From Vulcanimicrobiota bacterium (GTDB lineage: Bacteria > Vulcanimicrobiota > Vulcanimicrobiia > Eremiobacterales > Eremiobacteraceae), in assembly GCA_963812135.1 (NCBI GenBank), contig CAWETU010000001.1, forward strand, positions 1,536,001 through 1,600,000: a DNA stretch of 64,000 bases, given 5' to 3'. The position numbers and the translations under genes are program-made. Each line of letters begins with the position of its first letter. The stretch's first letter is position 1. The notes beneath the pieces were generated by a model. It was not told the DNA's origin, searched no databases, and saw nothing but the letters and a program-made list of their open reading frames with translations. This document shows positions 10,157 to 20,429 of the stretch, one piece after another.

Positions 10157-13100
10157 ATGTCGACGGATGCAACGCTGAGGATATGTCTGCTCGGCCAGCC
10201 TCGTCTTTTCGCCGACGGCTCCCCAATCAAGCTTGCCAAACGAAGTGCAACTGTACCCCTTATCGCCTACTTGCTGCTGCACCAAGCAGAGCCGGTCTCG
10301 CGCAATTTTCTCGCGTTCACGCTGTGGGCTGACGAATCCGAAGAGATCGCGCTTTCAGAATTGCGCCGTTATATCTACTTGGTCAATAAAGCGCTGGGGC
10401 CGAACTCGAGCGATAAGCCTTGGATCATCGCCGAGGGAGAATCTGTACGCTGGAACAACGCAAGCCCGCTATGGCTCGACGTCGCCGAATTCGAGCGCCT
10501 GAGCGCCGACACCGCCAAGTTTGCCGAGGCAGTAAAACTGTATGCGGGCGACTTGGTCGAGGACATCTATGATGATTGGCTGATCGCGCACCGCGAGCGC
10601 TTACGCGGTCTCTATTTCTCTGACCTCGGCGCGTTGATCATCCAGATGCGCGAATCCCGCCAATTCCAGCGAGCGATAGGCTACGCGACGCAACTACTCG
10701 TCTCGGATCCGTGGCGCGAGGACGTGATCCGTCAACTGGTGGCCTGCCGCTACGAATCCGGTGATGCCGCCGGAGCGCTTGCCGCGTGCGATGAGTTCAC
10801 CAAGCGGCTGCGCCGGGAGCTTGCCGTCGAGCCCATGCCTGAGACGATGGCGGTGCGCGACGCGATCGTCCGGCATACCGCGCTTCCCGGGCCGGCGACG
10901 CTTCTGGCCCCGGATGCTATCGATGAGTTGACCCCTGAGCAGGCGCGCCGCCACGTCCTTCCGTTCGTGGGTAGGCGGCTAGAGCTCGATCAGCTTCTCA
11001 CCTGCTGGAGCCGTGCCGCGCGCGCGAATGGCGGCCTCGTCTTGATCGGGGGTGAAGCTGGAATCGGCAAATCGCGCCTGGCGGCAGAGCTCGCGCGCGT
11101 GGTAGAGGCGGAAGGTGGCCGGATCTTGGTGGGCTCGACCGCCTGTCCGGAGAGAGAACCATACGAGTGCGTCATCGAGGCGATTCGCGCCGGCCTGCCG
11201 ATGATCGCTTCTCTCGACGTCGATCCGCTACGACTCGCGATCATCGCCCAACTTGTGCCCGAACTCTCGGCCAGCCGGCCTGGCCTTCCGGAAGCGCCTC
11301 CGGTCGATCCTCAACGAGAGCGGTCCAGGCTCCTCGATGCGATCGCGGGCTGCCTCGCGGCGTTGGCGCGCGTCCGTCCAATGCTCGTCGTGTTGGAAGA
11401 CCTGCACTGGGCCGGCGCCGCCACGATCGCGACGCTTGGTTTTCTTGCGCGACGCCTCTCGCGATCGTCCGTCCTGATCGTCGCCACCTATCGCGAAGAT
11501 GAAACGGGTCGAACCCATCCATTGCGCGACCTGCATCGGGAATTGGGCGGGGAACGCCTTGCGACGACGCTGTCGCTGCGTCGCCTGTCGCGCGTGGTCA
11601 TCGACGAGCTGATCGCGCAACTGCCGATCCCAACAAAAGACGTATCGACCTTCGCAAATGCCATGTATGCTCGCACTGAGGGTAATCCATTGTTCCTCAC
11701 CGAGGCGATGCGCGATGCACTCGAGCATCCAGAGGAATGGAGCGACCAGGGCACCTGGTGGCCGGGCACCGAGCGCCTGCGCTCGCTGATCGCCGTGCGC
11801 AGCGCCCGGCTCGCACCGGACGGAAAGGAGATCGCGGGAGTAGCCGCCGTGATCGGCAACGGATTCAGCGTCGCCATCCTTCGCGACGTGACCGGGTTTT
11901 CTGAAGAGCGCGTGCTCGATGGCATTGACGACCTGCTCGACCGGCACTTCATCCGTGAGGCAGGTGGACGCGGACGATTCGATTATGTGTTCTCGCATCA
12001 TCTGATCCACGATGCCATCTACGAAGCGGTTCCAGCAGAGGTCCGCTCGCGCCGACATCGCCGTGTCGCGCGAATCCTCGAGGATCAGTCGCAACCCGGC
12101 GACGCGGCGCTCGCCGTGGATCTCGCTCTGCACTATGCGCGCGGTGGCGATAACGCGCGCGCGGCGTCGTGGTATCTCGCGGCAGCAGAGGCCGCGGAAC
12201 GCGTGTACGCCCACGCAGAGTCCATCCAGTTCGCGACCCGTGCCATCGAACTCACGGCTGACGAGCGCCAACGCGCTGCGGCTTTACGCGCCAGGGAGTC
12301 CGCGCTCAGCCGGACGGGTGACCGCGCCGCTCAGCGCCGTGATATCGATGAGGCGATGAGTATCGCTGCGCGGACCGGCAACGATGACCTCACGTGGGTG
12401 TTGCTGATGCGCCGGATGCACCTCGAGCGGAGTCTTGGCAGGCGAGACGAGGAGGGTGCGGTCATCGCGGAACTCGAGCGGCGAGCCGGTTCGTCGGGCG
12501 ATGAGGCACGGACGGCCGAAGTCCTGGTCGCGCGGGCGAATCACCTTATCTCGCTGACGAGCCACGCCCAGGCCGGTGCACCGGCGAAGGAGGCGCTGCT
12601 GCACTACGAATCTCTGGAAGATGTGGCGGGCCAGGTCGAAGCCCTGTCCGTCTTGGCGGAGATCGCCACCAATATGGGCGACCCTGAGGCCTCTCGCCGG
12701 CTGCTTGGCGACGCCCGCAAGAAGGCGGCCAGCCAGCCCGACAGGGGCTTGCTTCTGCGGGCTATCTCCGCGGCGGCAGTCGCGGCGCTCCAGCAACATC
12801 GCATCGGCGACGCCGCGGATCTGGCGGAGGAAGGCGTGACGCTCGCGCGTGCGCTCGGTGATCGCGAAGAGGAAGCGGCGATGCTGCAGCGGCTGGCGAT
12901 CACGGCGACGTTTCAACGTGATTTCGATTTGGCGCGCCGGCGCTTCGCCGCCGCAGCCGAAGCGTTCGACGCGATCGGCCATCTTCGAGGGATGTCGCAC
13001 GCACAGGCCAATCAGGCGGTTTTGGCCATGCGACTCGGGTTGCTCGACGAGGCACAAACTCTCGGCGATCGGGCGCTGGTCGTCGCAGAACGCACCGGAG

Positions 13101-13768
13101 ACCGCCGGCCGCTCGTCGTCACGCTCGTCAACTTAAGCCTCGTGCACATTCTCCAGGGCGACCCAGCCGGGGCGCGCCGTTTTGCCCTTCAAGGTCTTGA
13201 GATCGCGCGTACGGTCGGGTTTCCGCTGTTCGAAGGCGCTGCGCTTGCCAACCTCGGCAACGCAGAGCGGGCGCTCGGTGACTTCGACGCCGGACTCACG
13301 CACATCAAGGAAGGCCTGCGCATCCGCGAAGGGCTTCTTTCGCCGACCGACGTGCTTGATGACTATTGCGATCTTGCGCTCGCCTTTCTGCAAGCACGAC
13401 AGCTCCCGCGCGCGATTTCCACCACCGCGAAGCTCTTGAAGGTCGCCGAGGGATCGACCGAAGGCGCCTTCTGGCCCCACGTTTGTTTTTGGACAGCGGC
13501 GCTCGTGCACCGAGCCGCCGGCAAGACCGCCAGCTCGAGCGCGTTGCTCCGGCGCGCCGCGGCTGAAATGCACGCCTTTGCAGCCGGAATCGCGGACCCG
13601 GACACCCGTTCATCGTTTCTGGCGCTGCCGGCGTGCCGCGAAGTCACAGGCGCATACGAACGAGATCAATGGCCCGAGTACGCAGGCGGTGCGCATGCCT
13701 TGTATGATGACGCGAAGACGAAGACCTCAAAACCCCGGATCCGCCGTACCCGCTCGGAGAAGAGTTGA
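10157..13768 (+). CDS. SARP/BTAD - AAA ATPase - TPR transcriptional regulator (AfsR-like)
   Basis: LRICLLGQPRL wHTH start, BTAD (DPWREDVIRQL), Walker A GEAGIGKS, LEDLHWA, EGNPLFL, C-terminal TPRs; ATG 10157. Confidence 0.9.
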   Translation: MSTDATLRICLLGQPRLFADGSPIKLAKRSATVPLIAYLLLHQAEPVSRNFLAFTLWADESEEIALSELRRYIYLVNKALGPNSSDKPWIIAEGESVRWNNASPLWLDVAEFERLSADTAKFAEAVKLYAGDLVEDIYDDWLIAHRERLRGLYFSDLGALIIQMRESRQFQRAIGYATQLLVSDPWREDVIRQLVACRYESGDAAGALAACDEFTKRLRRELAVEPMPETMAVRDAIVRHTALPGPATLLAPDAIDELTPEQARRHVLPFVGRRLELDQLLTCWSRAARANGGLVLIGGEAGIGKSRLAAELARVVEAEGGRILVGSTACPEREPYECVIEAIRAGLPMIASLDVDPLRLAIIAQLVPELSASRPGLPEAPPVDPQRERSRLLDAIAGCLAALARVRPMLVVLEDLHWAGAATIATLGFLARRLSRSSVLIVATYREDETGRTHPLRDLHRELGGERLATTLSLRRLSRVVIDELIAQLPIPTKDVSTFANAMYARTEGNPLFLTEAMRDALEHPEEWSDQGTWWPGTERLRSLIAVRSARLAPDGKEIAGVAAVIGNGFSVAILRDVTGFSEERVLDGIDDLLDRHFIREAGGRGRFDYVFSHHLIHDAIYEAVPAEVRSRRHRRVARILEDQSQPGDAALAVDLALHYARGGDNARAASWYLAAAEAAERVYAHAESIQFATRAIELTADERQRAAALRARESALSRTGDRAAQRRDIDEAMSIAARTGNDDLTWVLLMRRMHLERSLGRRDEEGAVIAELERRAGSSGDEARTAEVLVARANHLISLTSHAQAGAPAKEALLHYESLEDVAGQVEALSVLAEIATNMGDPEASRRLLGDARKKAASQPDRGLLLRAISAAAVAALQQHRIGDAADLAEEGVTLARALGDREEEAAMLQRLAITATFQRDFDLARRRFAAAAEAFDAIGHLRGMSHAQANQAVLAMRLGLLDEAQTLGDRALVVAERTGDRRPLVVTLVNLSLVHILQGDPAGARRFALQGLEIARTVGFPLFEGAALANLGNAERALGDFDAGLTHIKEGLRIREGLLSPTDVLDDYCDLALAFLQARQLPRAISTTAKLLKVAEGSTEGAFWPHVCFWTAALVHRAAGKTASSSALLRRAAAEMHAFAAGIADPDTRSSFLALPACREVTGAYERDQWPEYAGGAHALYDDAKTKTSKPRIRRTRSEKS

Positions 13769-13959
13769 AAAGCGACGACCGACGCGTTGAACATCTGTTC
13801 GTGGTGCGCATGTGGCTCGAGCCCGATGCTCGCAGGTCGCAGTGGCGGGGCTCCGTTCGCCACGTGCCATCAGGGCGTCGGCTGTTCGTGGCGGGCACGG
13901 CCGACATCGCCGATTTTATCGCCTTGCAGCTGGGCGCTGCCAGTTCCCACGAACGCTAG
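13765..13959 (+). CDS. Small hypothetical protein (64 aa) coupled to the SARP regulator
   Basis: TTG overlaps the regulator stop; protein-like pattern LFVVRMWLEP..WRGSVRHVPSGRR..IADFI. Confidence 0.65.
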   Translation: MKSDDRRVEHLFVVRMWLEPDARRSQWRGSVRHVPSGRRLFVAGTADIADFIALQLGAASSHER

Positions 13960-13981
13960 CCGCACGCCCGCCTGCTACGCT
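13951..13981 (+). promoter_or_regulatory. SARP-type direct repeat plus extended -10, probably leaderless promoter
   Basis: GAACGC 13951 / GCACGC 13962 (11-bp period), 8 nt gap, TGcTACGCT ending 13981, ATG at 13988. Confidence 0.5.
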
Positions 13982-13987
13982 CGGCCC

Positions 13988-15892
13988 ATGAAGAATCACA
14001 AACGCCTCATCACCGGCGTCGTAGCCATGCTTCTCATCGCCATTGGGTTCGTGCACGCGCCGCCCGCTAGGTCGATGCCGTCGCAAGCCCGCGACGCCAA
14101 GCTCGCCGACATCGCGCCCAATGACAATACCGTCGCCGGCGGCCGGTTCGAGGGCGGCGCCTTGGACATCTCGCTCGTGGCGAGAAAAGGCCTGTGGTAT
14201 CCTGACGGACCGGGCACGATCGGGCTTCCCATCGAGGCATTTGGCGAAGTCGGCCGGCCGCTGCAGATCCCCGGGCCGCTCGTGCGCGTCGCGCTGGGCA
14301 CGCGAGTGATCGCGACGATCCGCAACGAACTCGATCACGATCTGACGATCCGCGGCCTCGCATCGCCGTCGAACGCACTGACGTCCGTTCTGCATGTACC
14401 GCGCGGTGCGACGCGCCGCGTTTCGTTCGTCCTCGATCGAGCAGGTGCGTTCGGCTATTACGGCTCCGATAAAGGCGAAACTGTCGACGCCCGCATCTTC
14501 GAAGACGCCGAACTGTCTGGGGCGATCATCGTCGAGCGCCCGCACGCGCCGCGCGTCGATCATGTCTTCGTGCTGGGCCTGTATGCGCCGGTCAAGTCGA
14601 AAGACGGCACGGGGAACTTCATCTACTTTCTCGAGACGATCAACGGACGCGCCTTTCCAGCCACGGAACACCTCACGTACGTGCGCGGGCAGACGGTTCG
14701 CTGGGCCGTTTTCAATGCGTCGCTCTTCATCCATCCGATGCATCTGCATGGTTTCTACTATCGGCTCGCCCGCTCGGATGCGTATGACGAAGTGACTCAC
14801 GCGTTCTTTCCTGGTGAGGCCGAGGAGCTTTCGTGGACCGCCGATCGCGCGGGTCATTGGATGTTCCACTGCCACATCGACGATCACATCACGCGCCACG
14901 CCCCGCTGGCTGACATGCGAGCGGGCAAAGCCGACCCGAGCCTCACCGTTGCGAAACGCTTTCACCAGCCTAATGAGCCGATGGGTGGCATGGTGATCGC
15001 TCTTGACGTGCTCCCCCGGGCTGGTGACAGGGCGATAGTCCAATCGGCAACGCCCCGTCGCCTCACCCTCTCGCTCGCCGCTCGCGAAGTGTCGGACGCG
15101 CCGTACGTCGGCTTGGAAAAAGGCACCGTTCGCCTGACTGACGGCGAGCAGACGGCTGAATCCAGCGGCAATCTCGGACCAGCGATCGTGCTCACGCGCG
15201 GCACTCCCGTCGCGATCACCGTGAACAATCAGACGCACGAAGAGACGAGCGTGCATTGGCATGGCATCGCGCTCGACGATAGTTATTACGACGGCGGCGC
15301 GGGCATGGGCATGGCGATGCCCGGCGAGCGGATGTCGCCGCCGATCGTTCCTGGTGGAACGTTCGTCGCGCGCTTCACGCCGCCCGATGCCGGCACGTTC
15401 ATGTATCACGCTCACATGGATGACGGCTGGCAGCTCGCGAGCGGGCTCATCGGCCCGCTGATCGTCATGCCCCCGGGCGAGGTGTTCGATCCAACGACAG
15501 ATCACATCGTCATGGTCTCGGAATCGTACGAAAAGGCGGGTAGTCCGTTCGTGGCGATCGGCGGCTCACTCTCGCCGCCGCCGATGTCGATGGCGGTTGG
15601 CGTGCCGCAGCGTCTCCGTCTGATCGAGCTTTCGCTCGGGGGCGACAATTTGGTGGTCTCGCTCTCCGACGGCACGCATGTGCTCGACTGGACGCCGATC
15701 GCGAAGGACGGCCGAGATCTCCCAGCACGCCTGCAACGGCAATCCCTCGCGACGCACGCGCTCACCATCGGCGAAACGCGCGATTTTCGCTTCGTGGCGA
15801 CGAAGCCGGGTGAGCTCACGCTTGGCGTCTACGATGCGGACAACAACAACATGCTCGTCGGGTCACAGAAGATCGAGGTTGAGGGCCGCTAG
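13988..15892 (+). CDS. Secreted multicopper oxidase-family protein
   Basis: Signal peptide; HPMHLHG, WMFHCHIDDH, SVHWHG, FMYHAH motifs. Confidence 0.88.
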   Translation: MKNHKRLITGVVAMLLIAIGFVHAPPARSMPSQARDAKLADIAPNDNTVAGGRFEGGALDISLVARKGLWYPDGPGTIGLPIEAFGEVGRPLQIPGPLVRVALGTRVIATIRNELDHDLTIRGLASPSNALTSVLHVPRGATRRVSFVLDRAGAFGYYGSDKGETVDARIFEDAELSGAIIVERPHAPRVDHVFVLGLYAPVKSKDGTGNFIYFLETINGRAFPATEHLTYVRGQTVRWAVFNASLFIHPMHLHGFYYRLARSDAYDEVTHAFFPGEAEELSWTADRAGHWMFHCHIDDHITRHAPLADMRAGKADPSLTVAKRFHQPNEPMGGMVIALDVLPRAGDRAIVQSATPRRLTLSLAAREVSDAPYVGLEKGTVRLTDGEQTAESSGNLGPAIVLTRGTPVAITVNNQTHEETSVHWHGIALDDSYYDGGAGMGMAMPGERMSPPIVPGGTFVARFTPPDAGTFMYHAHMDDGWQLASGLIGPLIVMPPGEVFDPTTDHIVMVSESYEKAGSPFVAIGGSLSPPPMSMAVGVPQRLRLIELSLGGDNLVVSLSDGTHVLDWTPIAKDGRDLPARLQRQSLATHALTIGETRDFRFVATKPGELTLGVYDADNNNMLVGSQKIEVEGR

Positions 15893-16365
15893 TCGCCGTG
15901 ACCCTCGTCGCTGTGACCTTTGTTGCCGGGGTGTTCTTTCCAATACTGCTTGCAGTGACCCGGCGGCCAGCACGCAGGTTGGTAGCCGTGCGGGAAATAG
16001 GCGTACAGATGGGTCGGCGCGCATCGCGGGCCGTAGCCGTTGAACGTGCACGGTTGCGCTCCGTTGTTGCTCAAGTACACGACCTGGTTGCCGCTGTTGG
16101 GATACACGATCCGGCCGTCACCGTAGATGACTCCGCCGTCCGCCGTATACCCGACGACGGTATTGGCTTGCGCGACCTTGTGCTCGTAGTTGTTGTACAG
16201 GATGATGCCCGCAGCCAACGCGAGCCCGCCGAGAATGATGTTACGCGTGCTTGCAGCGCCATCCGCGCGCACCGGCGTCGCGATGCCGGCGAGCAGCGAG
16301 AAGATCAGCGCCCACACGAGGAGCGTCTTTTGCAGTGCTTTTGAAAGTGCGAACGAAAATGCCAT
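15889..16365 (-). CDS. Hypothetical exported protein
   Basis: RBS GGAGG, signal peptide ending VRA, second hydrophobic segment, Cys/His-rich tail. Confidence 0.7.
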   Translation of the reverse strand: MAFSFALSKALQKTLLVWALIFSLLAGIATPVRADGAASTRNIILGGLALAAGIILYNNYEHKVAQANTVVGYTADGGVIYGDGRIVYPNSGNQVVYLSNNGAQPCTFNGYGPRCAPTHLYAYFPHGYQPACWPPGHCKQYWKEHPGNKGHSDEGHGD

Positions 16366-16411
16366 GAGGTGGTTCCCTCCTGGCTCCACTTGTACCCAGA
16401 TCAGACCGTTG

Positions 16412-17498
16412 TTATGCGGGAGCGACCAAGCGAGCGCCGACGAACATGGCGTCGCCGAACGAATAGAACCGGTAGCCTTCGCGCACCGCGTCGGCGTATG
16501 CGCGCAGTGTACGCTCCGTGCCGGCGAACGCGCAGACGAGCATCAACAGCGTCGATCGCGGCAGGTGGAAATTCGTGATGAGCGCGTCGACGACGCGGAA
16601 CTCGAAGCCCGGATAGATGAATAGTTCCGTCCAGCGCGAGCCTGCAGCGACGCGTCCATCCGCAGTGCGCAACGCGGCGTCTTCGAGACTGCGCACGCTG
16701 GTCGTGCCGACCGCGATCACGCGGCCGCCCGCCGCTTTGGCGCGCGCGATCGCCGCGGCGGTCTGTTCCGAAATCGTGTAGCGCTCCGCGTGCATGGGAT
16801 GCTCGCGGATGTCGGCGGTCTTCACCGGACGGAACGTCCCCGCGCCGACGTCAAGCGTCAGCGTCGCCCAGTCCGCGCCGCGCGCGATCAGCGCGGCGAT
16901 CAGCTCAGGGGTGAAATGCAGGCCGGCGGTCGGTGCCGCAACCGATCCGTCGCGCGCGGCGTAGACGGTCTGATAGCGCTCGCCGGCGTCGGGCGGCGCG
17001 CTTGTGATGTACGGCGGCAGCGGCACGAGGCCGTAGGTCTCCATCGCGGCGGCGCGCGTCGAGCCCGTCGAAGCGCACGAGCCGCGTGCCGAATTCCGTG
17101 CGGTCCACGATTTCGATGCTATGCGAAGGGCTGAGGCTGAGACGATCGCCGACGCGGACGCGTTGGCCGGGCCGGACGAGCGCCTCCCACACGCCTTCGT
17201 CGCTCCCCTCGACCGGATGGAGCAGCAGCACCTCCGCCTTGCCTCCGCCGCGCCGCTGCGGACGAAAACGAGCGCGCAGCACGCGCGTGTCGTTGACGAC
17301 GAACAGATCACCCGGTCTGACGAACTCGACGAGGTCGCTGAACTTGCGGTGCGCGACCTCGTCGCCCACCACGAGCAGACGCGATTCATCGCGGCGCGCC
17401 GACGGGCGCTGCGCGATCAGCGACGGTGGTAGCTGATAATCGTAGCGATCCGTCTGGAAACGCGCTTGGTCGCGCGCATAATCCGCCGATGCAGCCAT
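16412..17498 (-). CDS. queA: S-adenosylmethionine:tRNA ribosyltransferase-isomerase, frameshifted near 17050
   Basis: [14 protein letters not shown] and VVNDTRV in one frame; [36 protein letters not shown] in another. Confidence 0.93.
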
Positions 17499-17509
17499 GG
17501 CGCGGTGCT

Positions 17510-18202
17510 TCAGTGGCTGGTGACGTTCACTGAGTCGACGTATTGGATGTCGTTGAACTCCGCCGCCGACAGAAAACGTTCGCCGGGCCGGTTGTCGAGC
17601 TTCACGCCCAGCGGCGGCGGCGTGCCCTGATGCGGATACGGATCTCGCACGACGGCAGCATACAAGCTCACGGGGCGGCTGAACAGGTCTGCATGATAGT
17701 AGATCGTCGTGAGTATCATCGCGTTGTGCGAGGTGAAGACGAGCAAAGGCGTTTCGTTCTGGAGCTGCCCCACGAGCGAGCGCAACGCCCCGCGCGATCC
17801 GTTTTGTGGCGATGAGAACACCGCGGTGCCGGTGGTGATGCTGACCGAATGGTCGGCGCTTGCGGTGTAGCTGTGATTCAGATACGTCTGCGCTTGGACC
17901 GGAGTCAGCGAATCAGGGACCGTCGCCCCGAAGATCGCTGACATGATGTCGGCTTGCGAGACGCCGCCGCCGTTGAACGCGATGAGCATCGCCATCGAGG
18001 TGGCCCATGCGCCTGCCTGGGTCTGCGCCGGCACGAACGCCGGATCCATGATGCGCGACTCGACATCCGCGCCGCAGACGTAACCGCCTCCGGTTCCGTA
18101 CATCTCGCGGCAGGGGATGGTCCCCGCCTTCGCTTGCCCGCTCGGATGCGACAGCGCGACCAAGATCGCGGCGACTCCCGCGGCGAAAAACCAACGCGGC
18201 AT
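17510..18202 (-). CDS. Secreted papain-fold (C39-like) protein, apparently lacking catalytic Cys
   Basis: ATG 18202 after GGGGG RBS; signal peptide; PAQTQAGAWATSMAM, SHNAMIL, VRDPYP. Confidence 0.55.
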   Translation of the reverse strand: MPRWFFAAGVAAILVALSHPSGQAKAGTIPCREMYGTGGGYVCGADVESRIMDPAFVPAQTQAGAWATSMAMLIAFNGGGVSQADIMSAIFGATVPDSLTPVQAQTYLNHSYTASADHSVSITTGTAVFSSPQNGSRGALRSLVGQLQNETPLLVFTSHNAMILTTIYYHADLFSRPVSLYAAVVRDPYPHQGTPPPLGVKLDNRPGERFLSAAEFNDIQYVDSVNVTSH

Positions 18203-18216
18203 CGTACGTCCCCCTT

Positions 18217-19368
18217 TTAGATCTTCGACAGCATCGCGCCCTGGTAATAGAACGAGAGGATCGCGTTGATGCCTAACCCTTGATCCGCCATGTCCTTGGC
18301 GCCCCACTGGCTCATGCCGACGCCGTGGCCGAAGCCCGATCCTTTGACGACGATCGCATCGCCGTCGAGCGCCAGTGACGCGATGCGCGTGCTCTTGACG
18401 AGATGCCTTCCGGCAAGCTGGCGGAACTGCGGGCCCGTGATGGTGCGCACGCCGCCCGTGCCGCTCACCGTCACGCTGATGAGCCGGCCGGACGCGTCGG
18501 CTGGGCCTGCGGCCACCGCGGCGATGTCGCCGATGTCGGCGACCTGCTCGCGGAACGCTTGCGCGAAGGACGCGAGCGGCACGCGCGCGGACCACGACAG
18601 ATGCGGCGACTCTCCGGCGTACGGGTCGGGATGCGCTCGCAGATATGGCTCGGGGTCGGCGAGGTTGTCGCCGTCGGCGGTGTAGCCCCCGTCGCAAGAC
18701 GAGTAATACGCCTTGACGACATGATATTGATAGACGAGGATGACGCCGCGCGTCGACTCGACGGCATCGACCGAGCTCTGCGTCTCGGCGTTGACGCCGC
18801 CGTATGCTTGGTCGAGCTCGCCGGCTTTGATGTCGTAGCCCGGGTATTCGTGCAACGCCGCGCGGGCGACGGCGTAGCTGCGCGAGGCGATCGCTTGGGC
18901 TTGCAGCGCGACTTGCGGCCACGCCGGATCCATCTCGACGCCGACGACGCCGTACAGATACTGCTCGAGGTCCAGTTCGTCGATGACTTCGAGCGTGCCG
19001 TCATCGTCGCGCACGATCCACACTTTGCCGCGATACGTCCGGCCATCCACCACCAGCGGAGAATCCATGAGCGGCTCCGCCAGGACCCGCGATCCCGTGT
19101 TCACCGCGCCGGCGAGCAGCAGGCCGCCCGTGCCGGGGCGAACGTCCAACACCGTCGTGATCTCTGGCTCGAGCAACGGCGCGTTGCCGCCCTCCGGGCT
19201 GCGCACGACGACGCCGCTTTCCGAAGCGACGATCGTCTGGAGCTGGTGCGCGGCGATCTGCACGCGGATCGTCTGCGCACAGCCGGGGCGTGACGCAAGC
19301 AGCGCGATGCAAGCGGCGATTCCGGCGATCAAGGCCGCGCGGCCCGACGCGAGGGTCGCATGTCTCAC
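18217..19368 (-). CDS. SpoIID/LytB domain protein
   Basis: LEQYLYGVVGVEM, ALQAQAIASRSYA, GFGHGVGMSQWGA. Confidence 0.9.
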   Translation of the reverse strand: MRHATLASGRAALIAGIAACIALLASRPGCAQTIRVQIAAHQLQTIVASESGVVVRSPEGGNAPLLEPEITTVLDVRPGTGGLLLAGAVNTGSRVLAEPLMDSPLVVDGRTYRGKVWIVRDDDGTLEVIDELDLEQYLYGVVGVEMDPAWPQVALQAQAIASRSYAVARAALHEYPGYDIKAGELDQAYGGVNAETQSSVDAVESTRGVILVYQYHVVKAYYSSCDGGYTADGDNLADPEPYLRAHPDPYAGESPHLSWSARVPLASFAQAFREQVADIGDIAAVAAGPADASGRLISVTVSGTGGVRTITGPQFRQLAGRHLVKSTRIASLALDGDAIVVKGSGFGHGVGMSQWGAKDMADQGLGINAILSFYYQGAMLSKI

Positions 19369-20429
19369 AGCAGACGTGGCTGCTCGCTCCCGCTCAAGCC
19401 CAGATGGGCTTTCGCTTTCGCGGTCGCCCGCCGGCCGCCGGCGGTGCGTTGCAAGAACCCTATCTGGATGAGGAACGGCTCGACGACGTCGGTCAGCGTG
19501 TCTTCTTCTTCATTCACGCTCGCGGCAAGCGCGCCGATGCCCACCGGTCCTCCGCCGTACTGCACGATCAGCGCGCGCAAGAACGCGCGATCGAGCGCGT
19601 CGAGGCCTAGCAGGTCGATGCCCTCGAGCGTCAGCGCGGCTTGCGCTACTTCGCGGTCGATGATGCCGTGGGCTTTGACCTGCGCGAAGTCGCGCACGCG
19701 GCGCAACAGGCGATTCGCGATGCGCGGCGTGCCGCGCGCGCGGCCGGCGATCTCGGCGGCGCCGTCCGGCTCGATGGTCACGCCGAGCACTTGCGCCGAG
19801 TGCTCCACGATGCGCTGGACGTCATCGGGCGAGTAATAGTCTAGGTGATGGACGATGCCGAAGCGCTCGCGCAACGGCGCGGTGAGCAACCCGGCTCGTG
19901 TCGTCGCGCCGATCAGCGTGAATTGCTTGAGGTTGATCTTGATCGTCTTGGCGTAGGCGCCGCGGTCGACCATGAAGTCGATCGCAAAATCTTCCATCGC
20001 CGGATACAAGAACTCTTCGACGACGTGGCTCAGGCGATGGATCTCGTCGACGAACAGCACGTCGCCGCGCCCGAGGTTGGTGAGGATGCCCACGAGATCG
20101 CCCGGCCGCTCGAGCGTCGGGCCAGACACCTGGTGGAACGTCGCAGCCATCTCGCGCGCGACGATGTTGGCGAGCGTCGTCTTGCCGAGCCCGGGCGGGC
20201 CGTGCAAGAGCACATGGTCGAGCGGTTCGCCGCGCTTGTGCGCCGCCTCGATGGAGATCTTTAAATTCTCGACGATGCCCTGCTGGCCGACGTAGTGCTC
20301 GAAGCCCGTGGGACGCAGCGTGACCGTGATGATCTGATCTTCGATCGATTCCGTGGGTGCGACGAGCGGATGGCGCTGCGAGCCCGCGTCGTCATCGCCG
20401 GCGGCGGCGATCGGTTTGCGCGGCGTCAT
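19365..20429 (-). CDS. ruvB: Holliday junction helicase RuvB
   Basis: LRP..F..YVGQ, GPPGLGKTT, DEIHR, RGTPRIANRLLRR. Confidence 0.97.
   Translation of the reverse strand: MTPRKPIAAAGDDDAGSQRHPLVAPTESIEDQIITVTLRPTGFEHYVGQQGIVENLKISIEAAHKRGEPLDHVLLHGPPGLGKTTLANIVAREMAATFHQVSGPTLERPGDLVGILTNLGRGDVLFVDEIHRLSHVVEEFLYPAMEDFAIDFMVDRGAYAKTIKINLKQFTLIGATTRAGLLTAPLRERFGIVHHLDYYSPDDVQRIVEHSAQVLGVTIEPDGAAEIAGRARGTPRIANRLLRRVRDFAQVKAHGIIDREVAQAALTLEGIDLLGLDALDRAFLRALIVQYGGGPVGIGALAASVNEEEDTLTDVVEPFLIQIGFLQRTAGGRRATAKAKAHLGLSGSEQPRLL

Noticed and set aside
10157..13768. Avs-type antiphage STAND defence system
   Set aside because: N-terminal domains here and at 43122..45641 are DNA-binding HTHs with matching operator-like sites, not nuclease/TIR/SIR2 effectors
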